From an uncultured Bacteriovoracaceae bacterium (GTDB lineage: Bacteria > Bdellovibrionota > UBA2394), in assembly GCA_964601045.1 (NCBI GenBank), contig CAZRLF010000004.1, positions 92,809-156,808 on the forward strand: a stretch of 64,000 nucleotides of DNA, in the 5' to 3' direction. The number at the start of each line of letters is the position of its first letter. Positions within the stretch are counted from its first letter, which is position 1. Shown here piece by piece: positions 1 to 7,792 of this stretch. Below the pieces are notes generated by a model. The model was not told the DNA's origin and ran no database searches. It saw nothing but the letters and a program-made list of their open reading frames with translations. The translations under genes were made by a program, and so were the position numbers.

Positions 1-440
1 GGAATTCCTTCCCAAGGAAATAAATTAAAGAGTGCGAGCCATATTTTTGTGAAAACCCTTGCAGAGGGAATTCCGCCTTGCGAGAGAATAAAATCGCGAG
101 CCTTAACGAGAGCCGGGTCATTGGCTGAATAACCTGAAATACGTAATGCAAAATAAGCTTCAACCGAAGCGCTGAGATTTCCTGGACCTTCGTAGTATAT
201 ATTCCATGAACCATCGGCTTGCTGGCGGTCGAGAATGCCAAGGGCGAGTCGCTTGATAAGCTCTTCGTCGTTAAGATCAAGCCAGCGATGAAACAAAATA
301 AATTCAGCATTCATCGTAATATTGTCATCGAGCGCAAAGTGCCAATGCCCGTCTTTTTGTTGCAAATTCCAGAGCACATTTTGAAGGTGAAATGCAAGAT
401 CGCCAGCCGCTTTAGAAAGCGGAGCTCTTACGGCCTTCAA
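1..440 (-). CDS. shc: squalene-hopene cyclase, N-terminal part; the gene runs off the left edge and is absent from the ORF track
   Basis: The minus-strand translation reads ...LQQKDGHWHFALDDNITMNAEFILFHRWL...DRQQADGSWNIYYEGPGNLSASVEAYFALRISGY...ARDFILSQGGIPSARVFTKIWLALFNLFPWEGI, which matches the SHC N-terminal QW-type repeat region. The start is uncertain: TTG at 440 or 470. Confidence 0.7.
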   Translation of the reverse strand, partial: MKAVRAPLSKAAGDLAFHLQNVLWNLQQKDGHWHFALDDNITMNAEFILFHRWLDLNDEELIKRLALGILDRQQADGSWNIYYEGPGNLSASVEAYFALRISGYSANDPALVKARDFILSQGGIPSARVFTKIWLALFNLFPWEGI

Positions 441-548
441 GGATGATCTATGGGCATTAGGGGGGTTCAATCGGAGGACAATAATAGTGGGCTTACCCCT
501 ACCAGTCCAGGTATTATGCAAAATTATAGAGCTTAAGAGGACTTACGA

Positions 549-1421
549 ATGAGCATTCCTTATACAAAAATGCATGGATGTCATAACGAGTATATTTATG
601 TCGATAATTTGGACCTCAAGTTAAGCGAACTTAAAGATATCGATATCTGCTCTTTAGCGCGCGGAGTTTCAAATCGAACCACAGGTTTAGGGTCAGATGG
701 GCTCATTTTACTGGAACCTTCGGATAACCCGAACTGTCTCGCTAGAATGCGAATGTATAATGCCGATGGCTCTGAAGGCAAAATGTGCGGAAATGGCATT
801 CGCTGCATCACTAAACTTTTAAAAGAAAAATTTGGAGCTCGAGACGTCTATCGCATTGAAACTCGAGCTGGTGTGAAAGAGTGTTTTATTGTCGACGATC
901 GCGATCCTCAAAGATTTATTGTCAAAGTCAATATGGGGCGGCCCTCATTTTTGCCAACGACAATTCCAGTTCTTTTTGACGATATGATGGTTCTTGGAGA
1001 AGAGTTTGAGATTGACAAAAAGACGTTTAAAATTTCGTGCGTCTCTATGGGTAATCCTCATTGTGTAATTCCCGTCGATAGTCTCGAGACTTTTGATGTT
1101 GCGCGGTACGGATCTCAGATTGAAAAGCACGAGGTTTTTCCTGAAGGTGTGAATGTTGAGTTTATCGAAATAAAAAACAACGAAGTTTTTCAGCGTACAT
1201 GGGAGAGGGGCAGTGGAGAAACTCAAGCCTGTGGCACCGGCGCCTGCGCTGTTGGGGTTGTTCTGATTCTAGGCGGAAAAAAACGTACTCCAATTACCGT
1301 CCATCTTCGTGGTGGCGATCTCACTATTGAGTGGGACGGTCTTAAAGATGTTTGGATGCAGGGTGAAGCGGTGACTATGGGCTCTGGGATATTTGATATT
1401 TCACAGTTTATTGAATTCTGA
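549..1421 (+). CDS. dapF: diaminopimelate epimerase
   Basis: The protein is 290 aa and starts with MHGCHNEYIYVD. Both catalytic Cys motifs are present (KMCGNGIRC and ACGTGACA). Confidence 0.9.
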   Translation: MSIPYTKMHGCHNEYIYVDNLDLKLSELKDIDICSLARGVSNRTTGLGSDGLILLEPSDNPNCLARMRMYNADGSEGKMCGNGIRCITKLLKEKFGARDVYRIETRAGVKECFIVDDRDPQRFIVKVNMGRPSFLPTTIPVLFDDMMVLGEEFEIDKKTFKISCVSMGNPHCVIPVDSLETFDVARYGSQIEKHEVFPEGVNVEFIEIKNNEVFQRTWERGSGETQACGTGACAVGVVLILGGKKRTPITVHLRGGDLTIEWDGLKDVWMQGEAVTMGSGIFDISQFIEF

Positions 1422-1484
1422 GCGGAGGGCTACGCGTTCGTGCGCCCGTATGTGTTGAGCTAAATCCTGGTCTAGTCCAAGCAA

Positions 1485-2069
1485 CTACACTTGCTTATAT
1501 CGAAAACAGCTTTTGAGATGATCGTTAACCATTCCCACTGCCTGCATATGCGCATAGATGATGGTGGAACCCACAAATCTAAATCCGCGCTTTTTGAGAT
1601 CTTTACTCCAGGTGTCAGAAATTTTACTCGTTGGGGGAAGGCCCTTGTGCGTGGTCCATTTGTTTTTAATGGGCTTTCCGTCTACAAAGGACCACTGATA
1701 TTTTGCAAAACTACCGAACTCATTTTGTACATCCATAAATAACTTTGCATTACTTATGGTCGATGTGATCTTGAGTCGATTTCGAATAATCTTCTCATTC
1801 TTCATCAGGCTTTCGATTTTTCTCGCATTAAATCTTGCGACCCGTTCGACCTCAAAATTATCGAATGCCTCTCTGTATCCTTCTCTGCGATTTAAAATTG
1901 TCGACCAGCTTAAGCCTGCTTGAGCGCCTTCTAAAATCAAAAACTCAAAAAGCTTTTTGTCATCATGAACCGGAACTCCCCATTCGCGATCATGATAGTC
2001 CATCATGAGAGGACTTGAAAGACACCAGGGACAACGCGACAAATCCTTTGTTTTGAGGTTTTTCGACAA
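1485..2069 (-). CDS. tag: DNA-3-methyladenine glycosylase I
   Basis: It carries CPWC...YHDREWGVP...LFEFLILEGAQAGLSWSTIL...RGFRFVGSTIIYAHMQAVGMVNDH, which is collinear with E. coli Tag. Confidence 0.9.
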   Translation of the reverse strand: MSKNLKTKDLSRCPWCLSSPLMMDYHDREWGVPVHDDKKLFEFLILEGAQAGLSWSTILNRREGYREAFDNFEVERVARFNARKIESLMKNEKIIRNRLKITSTISNAKLFMDVQNEFGSFAKYQWSFVDGKPIKNKWTTHKGLPPTSKISDTWSKDLKKRGFRFVGSTIIYAHMQAVGMVNDHLKSCFRYKQV

Positions 2070-2122
2070 AGTGCAGGTCCTTTTCGTAAACTTTTTGCAA
2101 GGCTAAGAACCCTCAACCCGCC

Positions 2123-2162
2123 AAAAAAAAGAGCCTATTGGTTAGAAATAGGCTCTTTTTTT
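2123..2162 (-). terminator. rho-independent terminator downstream of the 2172..2375 gene (hairpin flanked by A8 and T7, potentially bidirectional)
   Basis: The stem is gagcctat (2131-2138) paired with ataggctc (2148-2155), with a 9-nt loop. It has an A-run on one side and a T-run on the other. Confidence 0.7.
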
Positions 2163-2171
2163 AGTTTAAAT

Positions 2172-2375
2172 CTACTGAGCAGGAGTGTCTTCAGAATCAA
2201 GAGTTTCTGCTGAAGTAAAGTCGAAATCAGCCTCAGCTTCGAGGTTCTTGACGAAGTCTTCACGTTCCTTTCGGGTCAAAAAGCCGTGTTCGACTTTTTT
2301 GTCGAGAAGACGGGTATCAAACTTAGATTCGGTTGCTGTATTTGAAAAAATTTGATTTTCAGCGTTTTTAGACAT
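2172..2375 (-). CDS. small acidic hypothetical protein (67 aa)
   Basis: It is an intact ORF followed by a strong terminator. I recognise no family. Confidence 0.5.
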   Translation of the reverse strand: MSKNAENQIFSNTATESKFDTRLLDKKVEHGFLTRKEREDFVKNLEAEADFDFTSAETLDSEDTPAQ

Positions 2376-2420
2376 GATCTAGCTATTGCCTCGGTTTGGC
2401 CGAGAGGTCAAGATTTGATC

Positions 2421-4154
2421 ATGAGTTCAAAAACGAAAAAATCAGAAGTCGACGATAGCTTTTGCCGGGCCCTTTTTAACGGAAATCTTTTAGAAGAACG
2501 CCTCAATCCATATCCCGAATTTGATGCCAGCCAGTGGGAAGGGGTGACGGAGGTTATAAAACGTTTTAAGCAAGATCGGGTCGACTCCCGCAAAATTGAC
2601 GAAGAGGCGAGGGTTCCAGTTGAGCTTATCGAAGAAATGAAGCAAATGGGCCTTTATGGGGTAATAATCCCCGAAGAATTCGGGGGGTTCGGTCTCGGGG
2701 CGACCGGCTACTCCAAAGTCATGGAAGAAATGGTTCAATGTGATTCATCATTGACCCTCTCAATTGGAGCTCATCAGTCGATTGGAATGAAAGGTCTTCT
2801 TTTATTTGGAAACGAGGCTCAAAAGAAAAAATACCTGCCTAAGCTTGCGACCGGAGAGATGATTGCTGCCTTTGCTTTGACTGAGCCCACGAGTGGAAGT
2901 GATGCCCAAAGCATTCAGACTAAAGCTGTTCTTTCGGCTGATAAAAAAACTTGGACCATCAATGGCTCCAAACTTTGGATTACAAACGGAGGCATCGCCG
3001 ATTTTTTTACTGTCTTCGCCAAAGTAGAAGTCGATCAAGATGGAGAGAAAAAAGAAAAGGTCACCGCGTTTATTGTTGAGCGAAGCATGGGTGTAAAAAA
3101 CCTGGCCGAGGAGCACAAACTTGGAATCAAGGGCAGTTCCACCGTTCAACTCGTTCTCGAGGATGTAAAAGTTCCTGCAGAAAATCTGCTCGGTGAAGTG
3201 GGCAAGGGCTTTAAAGTCGCCATGAATATCTTAAACAGCGGTCGGCAGGGCCTTTCGGCCGGATGCGTGGGCGTTTCTAAATTTATGATTCGAGAAGCCA
3301 GCAAATACGCCGCTGAGCGAAAGCAATTTAATCAACCCATTGCTAACTTTAAAATGATCAAGGCCCATATAGCTCAGATGGAAATTACGGCTTATGTTCT
3401 TGAGAGCATGGTCTATCTCACGACCTCCTGGATCGATAAAGGAATTGGCGACTATTCGATGGAGTCTGCCATTTGTAAAGTATTCGGCTCTGAAATCGCC
3501 TGGGATAATGTGAATCGAGCTCTGCAGATCGCTGGTGGAAACGGGTATATGAAAGATTATCCGTACGAGCAGGCCTTACGAGATTCGCGTATCAATTTAA
3601 TTTTTGAAGGCACAAATGAGATTCTGCGTCTTTTTATTGCGCTTACCGGATTGCAAGCCAAAGCGGTTGCACTTCAAGGCACTCAAGCGGCGATGAAGCA
3701 TTTGTTTGATGAACCTATCAAGGGCTTCGGGGCATTTTATAATTATGCGTCGCAAAGACTTAAGCAAAATATTGCACCTGAAGAGGCAAAGAATTTTCAT
3801 CCGCTATTAGAGCAGCAAAAGAAGCACCTTGCTCGCTCGATTGCTGATCTTTCTGAAGCTGCCGAGTATATTGTCAAAAAATATCGAAAGAACGTCGTCG
3901 ATGAGCAGCATGATTTACGACGTATTGCCGATATTACCATCGATGTTTTTGCAATGACGGCCAGTCTTTCTCGTGTCACTCAAGAAATAAAAAAACTGGG
4001 GGAAGATGAGACCCTTCATCAGCGGCAGATTATCGCGGTTTTTTGCAGTCAGGCTCGAAGACGCATTCGTGAGAATCTACGTCGTCTTGAGATCAACAAA
4101 GATAAGGCGATTGACGCCATTGCTGATAGAGTTGTGAAGCGAAACGTGGGTTAA
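2421..4154 (+). CDS. acyl-CoA dehydrogenase, long form with a C-terminal extension
   Basis: It carries ACAD motifs AFALTEPTSGSDA, GSKLWITNGG and IFEGTNEILRLFIA. I moved the start to ATG 2421 (MSSKTKK) to avoid overlap with the upstream divergent gene. Confidence 0.85.
   Translation: MSSKTKKSEVDDSFCRALFNGNLLEERLNPYPEFDASQWEGVTEVIKRFKQDRVDSRKIDEEARVPVELIEEMKQMGLYGVIIPEEFGGFGLGATGYSKVMEEMVQCDSSLTLSIGAHQSIGMKGLLLFGNEAQKKKYLPKLATGEMIAAFALTEPTSGSDAQSIQTKAVLSADKKTWTINGSKLWITNGGIADFFTVFAKVEVDQDGEKKEKVTAFIVERSMGVKNLAEEHKLGIKGSSTVQLVLEDVKVPAENLLGEVGKGFKVAMNILNSGRQGLSAGCVGVSKFMIREASKYAAERKQFNQPIANFKMIKAHIAQMEITAYVLESMVYLTTSWIDKGIGDYSMESAICKVFGSEIAWDNVNRALQIAGGNGYMKDYPYEQALRDSRINLIFEGTNEILRLFIALTGLQAKAVALQGTQAAMKHLFDEPIKGFGAFYNYASQRLKQNIAPEEAKNFHPLLEQQKKHLARSIADLSEAAEYIVKKYRKNVVDEQHDLRRIADITIDVFAMTASLSRVTQEIKKLGEDETLHQRQIIAVFCSQARRRIRENLRRLEINKDKAIDAIADRVVKRNVG
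2543..2553 (+). repeat. GGTGACGGAGG motif copy (exact), inside the acyl-CoA dehydrogenase CDS
   Basis: This is an exact 11-mer read as GVTEV. The extended match is GGTGACGGAGGT. Confidence 0.9.
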
Positions 4155-4380
4155 TGAGGATCCAATACTTGAGGATTGAGGAAAAGCCTTAGAATACTCC
4201 ACTTTTCTCTCGATATACGTCGATCAAGGCGGAGCATTCCTTTTAAGTACGACAACGGCAGGCGCCCGCTTTTCTATTGGATGGCTCTTTAATTTAGCCA
4301 AATACGCTCCTTCTGACGGGGTGAAAATTCTATTGTTTGCCCCTTGACCAATAGGGGGCATTTGGACGAATTTCTCATTC

Positions 4381-4548
4381 ATGCCATCACCAACAGGGGT
4401 CACACGTTTAGTAAGAAAAAAGAAGAGAACTCTTCAAGGAAAGCGACGCAAGCGAGAGCTTCGTGCTTCGCCTCGAATCAATTTCTATACGGCATTTCCT
4501 GTTGCTCCTGAAGAGCCTAAAGCCGCAAAAAAAGTAGCGGCCAAGTAA
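4381..4548 (+). CDS. possible small basic protein (55 aa, MPSPTGVTRLVRKKKRTLQGKRRKRELRASPRINFYTAFPVAPEEPKAAKKVAAK)
   Basis: It is the only sizeable ORF in a 430-bp gap and falls below the 60-aa cutoff of the track. There is no clear SD and I recognise no family. Confidence 0.25.
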   Translation: MPSPTGVTRLVRKKKRTLQGKRRKRELRASPRINFYTAFPVAPEEPKAAKKVAAK

Positions 4549-4582
4549 TCACTAGAGTTCATTTTTGATTGATCGATTTTGT

Positions 4583-5944
4583 TTAAGGCTTGAACTTGCT
4601 TTTTACAAATTGAAGAGCCGAGTCTTTATCGCTCAGCCGATTTTCAAGCTGTTCAGTTTCAATCGCATTCAGAATTTCTTTAAATTGAGGTCCTGGCCTA
4701 AAGCCAAGAGCAATTAAATCGTGACCACTGATGAGAGCAGGGGGGGATAAGGCTTCAGCAGGAAGTTTAGCCAACTCAGCTTTGCAGAATTCGTACAATG
4801 TTAAATCCTTATGGCTCGCCATGCAGTCGATGTAGTGCATCTGAAGATGCAGATCAAAATTCGGGTTACGCAAAAATCGCTTAAGAGTTGAAGCCTTCAT
4901 CTGGGGAGCGTCTTTAAATTTAAGATGATCGCGAGTGAGTTCACAGACGACTTCCGTGAGCTTTCGCGAAGCCTTAAGGCGTTTTAAAATAACTAAGGCC
5001 ATATCTTCGCCGACATGCTGGTGATTATTAAACCGAATGCGATCTCCGGCCGTATGAGTGAAGGTGGGCGGTTTTCCAATATCGTGAAGTAAGCATCCCC
5101 AAGCAAGTTCGGGTGAGACGCCTTCACATTGTTTAAGTAAAAGCAGAGTATGTACCCAGACATCTCCCTCGGGATGGTATTCTGCAGGTTGTTCACAGCC
5201 TTTCATCGCGAGTGCTTCTGGTAAAAACTCCTTAAGGAGGCCCGAATCGGCTAAAAGATTCATGGCGTGATCAGAGTTCGCGCCCGTTAGCATCTTCGTC
5301 ATCTCATCAAAAATGCGTTCTTCTGAAATTTTTGTAATGAGGGGAGCTTTTTCATTAATTGCTGCCCAGAGTTCAGAATCAATTGGATACTCAAGACGAG
5401 CAGAAAACCGAATCGCGCGAAGCATTCTTAGGTGATCTTCATCGATTCTAAGTCTAGGATTTCCGATTGAGCGAATGACTTTCTTTTTAAGATCATCTTG
5501 CCCATGAACCCAGTCGAGTAACTGATCTTTGATCGGATCATAAAGCATTCCATTGATGGTGAAGTCGCGTCTCTGAACATCTTCTTGAACCGTAGCTTGC
5601 TTCACTACCGCGGGGCGACGTCCGTCTTTAATTCCAATATCTGCGCGAAATGTGGCTACTTCAATTCGAAACGGATTTTCTTCGTGCTCTGAAATGACGA
5701 GGATGACATTAAAAGCCTCGCCAACTATGACAGTCCGGGGAAAAATCTTTGCGATATCGGCCGGTAAAGCATTGGAAGCGATATCGAAATCTTTAGGCTT
5801 AGTTTTAAGGAGAAGATCGCGAACGCAGCCTCCAGCAAAGACAGCCTCAAAACCGGCCTTCTGAAGGCGATCAACAACCGAAAGGGCAAAAGAAGTGAGG
5901 GGATCTTTTCGATCAAGCTTTAGCACTTTCTGTTTATCTGGCAT
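4583..5944 (-). CDS. cca: CCA-adding enzyme / poly(A) polymerase family nucleotidyltransferase with HD domain
   Basis: It has the GGCVRDLLLKTKPKDFDIA nucleotidyltransferase head, RRDFTINGM, and the HD motif LLHDIGKP. Confidence 0.8.
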   Translation of the reverse strand: MPDKQKVLKLDRKDPLTSFALSVVDRLQKAGFEAVFAGGCVRDLLLKTKPKDFDIASNALPADIAKIFPRTVIVGEAFNVILVISEHEENPFRIEVATFRADIGIKDGRRPAVVKQATVQEDVQRRDFTINGMLYDPIKDQLLDWVHGQDDLKKKVIRSIGNPRLRIDEDHLRMLRAIRFSARLEYPIDSELWAAINEKAPLITKISEERIFDEMTKMLTGANSDHAMNLLADSGLLKEFLPEALAMKGCEQPAEYHPEGDVWVHTLLLLKQCEGVSPELAWGCLLHDIGKPPTFTHTAGDRIRFNNHQHVGEDMALVILKRLKASRKLTEVVCELTRDHLKFKDAPQMKASTLKRFLRNPNFDLHLQMHYIDCMASHKDLTLYEFCKAELAKLPAEALSPPALISGHDLIALGFRPGPQFKEILNAIETEQLENRLSDKDSALQFVKSKFKP

Positions 5945-5968
5945 TATTCGTGGAGAGTCGAGTTGAAT

Positions 5969-6682
5969 ATGAAAGCTTTGGTCCTTAAAAAAATAGCCTA
6001 TGGAGAGAAGGATCTAATCGTGCATTTTCTGCTCGAAAGTGGGGAGCAGAAGGCGGGTTTTGCGGCAGGGGCGCGTATTTCTAAAAAGCGGTTTCCGCAT
6101 CAATTTGATATTACTGGTATTTACGATTTAGAATTGGGCGCTCAGAGCGGGCTGCAAAAGTTAAGCTCTATTCATCGCTGTGAACTTATCGAATATAGCT
6201 CTCATTTGTCGGAAGATTTTGAAATCCACTGCCGCTGGGCGATTATTTTGGAGTGGCTTTATTGGAATGCAGAATCGACACAATCTTTTGAATCGGTTTC
6301 TCGTTTGCGAACTGATTTGATGAAACGCGGGCTTCAGCAGACTTATTATTCTTATTTCTTGGAACAAATCGAAGAGCACGGTTTTAAGCCTCATTTAGAT
6401 TCTTGTTTTGTCTGTCAAAAACAGTTGAGTGAGAAGATTTATTTTCAAATTCAAGAGGGAACCTTCTCTCATGACTTCTGTGCTCGTGGAAAAAATGTGA
6501 GTTTTGAAACCTACTCTTTTATAGCGAAGTTTTTTGAGAAAAAAGACATCAAGCTCACTGAAAAAATAGCTTTAGAGCTGGATGTATTACTAATTCCATT
6601 TTTAGAAGCTCAACTTGAGCGACCATTTAAAAGTTATAAAGTTTTTGATGAACTTAAGAATCTTAATTCTTTACGGAATTGA
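5969..6682 (+). CDS. recO: DNA repair protein RecO
   Basis: It has a RecO-type OB-fold N-terminus (ALVLKKIAYGEKDLIV) and a Cys pair, CFVCQ...C. The ATG at 5969 is preferred over the TTG at 5963. Confidence 0.75.
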   Translation: MKALVLKKIAYGEKDLIVHFLLESGEQKAGFAAGARISKKRFPHQFDITGIYDLELGAQSGLQKLSSIHRCELIEYSSHLSEDFEIHCRWAIILEWLYWNAESTQSFESVSRLRTDLMKRGLQQTYYSYFLEQIEEHGFKPHLDSCFVCQKQLSEKIYFQIQEGTFSHDFCARGKNVSFETYSFIAKFFEKKDIKLTEKIALELDVLLIPFLEAQLERPFKSYKVFDELKNLNSLRN

Positions 6683-7567
6683 ACCAAACATTTTTCGTTC
6701 TATGGCAATTAATTGACTGATGCCAAGAGAGTCTGCGTCGTCTTCAATAAAATCCTCTGACCTTAAGAGATTTTGGAGATGGTTAATTCCCGCTTGATAC
6801 TCTGTTTGAGCAATATGGCCAGCCGCTAAATCTTCGAACGTTTTTAAATCTTGGGTAAGAAAAGTTTTGAGCGAGCCAAAGAGATGGCGAGAAAGAGCGA
6901 GTTCCACAACACGGGAATCTAAATTCGGATACTTCAGTAAAAATTGTTCATAAAAATACTGTATGCGACTGAGAATAATAAACGATTGATAGTGAGGCTT
7001 AGTCTCAGAAGGGTAAATGATAGAGAATTGCGAGAGGGGGCTTTCTTTGATCATGTTTGCAGTTTGAAAATCGAGATGATCAAGTTGAGCTTCGGAGTCG
7101 AGAATAACGATTTCAGCTGTTTTGTTCGTAGAGGGCTTTTGCTCAGAAGCCCATTCAAAAATATTATCTCCAAGAGGGCGAAGTTCATAGAGAGAAAGAA
7201 GGCGACTATCAATCATGCCTTTAAGAGTGTCCGGATTGGCGGCATAGATAGAAATTTCTACAGGAATGAGCGTTGAGGCAAATTCATCGTTAAGATGAAA
7301 AGAAGTCTGATGTGCAGATTTTTTTTCACTAAAGATTGGGTGTGGGAGTTTAAAAATTCCTTTTTTCATTCGCGTTCGATAGAGAGGTTTAGGAGACACA
7401 GAGGGAGCTTTTTCAAAAAAAGCTGAGGGATAGGCCGATTTAAATTTTAACTTTAAAAATGCCTCAGAGCATTGCTTCCATTCAGAAACATAATCGGGAG
7501 TTTCTGCCTGAGTAGCATTCACCCAAAATCCTACAACCAAAACAACAACCCCCAAAAATCGAAACAT
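6671..7567 (-). CDS. hypothetical secreted protein
   Basis: There is a signal peptide, MFRFLGVVVLVVGFWVNATQA, if translation starts at 7567. I recognise no family. Confidence 0.5.
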   Translation of the reverse strand: MFRFLGVVVLVVGFWVNATQAETPDYVSEWKQCSEAFLKLKFKSAYPSAFFEKAPSVSPKPLYRTRMKKGIFKLPHPIFSEKKSAHQTSFHLNDEFASTLIPVEISIYAANPDTLKGMIDSRLLSLYELRPLGDNIFEWASEQKPSTNKTAEIVILDSEAQLDHLDFQTANMIKESPLSQFSIIYPSETKPHYQSFIILSRIQYFYEQFLLKYPNLDSRVVELALSRHLFGSLKTFLTQDLKTFEDLAAGHIAQTEYQAGINHLQNLLRSEDFIEDDADSLGISQLIAIERKMFGSIP

Positions 7568-7683
7568 AATGACCCTATTTATTATTGAACTGCCCGCAGC
7601 CTTGCAACCGCTTTTCGATGCCGCGGAGATCCCTCCCCAATCCCAAATTCTTCGCCCCATTTGGGGGGACAGAGACACCATGT

Positions 7684-7694
7684 GGTGACGGAGG
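7684..7694 (+). repeat. GGTGACGGAGG motif copy (exact), intergenic, part of the 16-mer TGTGGTGACGGAGGTA
   Basis: The 16-mer at 7681-7696 is identical to the one at 18911-18926. Confidence 0.9.
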
Positions 7695-7792
7695 TAGGTT
7701 AAAAAAAGCCATAAGTTTTAATGGGTTACAAAAAACATCCCCCGTGCGCAGGTGAATTCTTTGGCATGGAGATTGCATTGATTGAGGTAAGA

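Noticed and set aside
219-446. A 75-aa plus-strand ORF in the track
   Set aside because: It lies entirely antisense to the clearly recognisable squalene-hopene cyclase reading frame and has no SD.
4224-4301. A 25-codon minus-strand micro-ORF with AAGGAG plus 6 nt plus a TTG start (MAKLKSHPIEKRAPAVVVLKRNAPP)
   Set aside because: It has only an SD-like hexamer to support it. There is no promoter, no terminator and no recognisable peptide, so it is too speculative to list as a feature.
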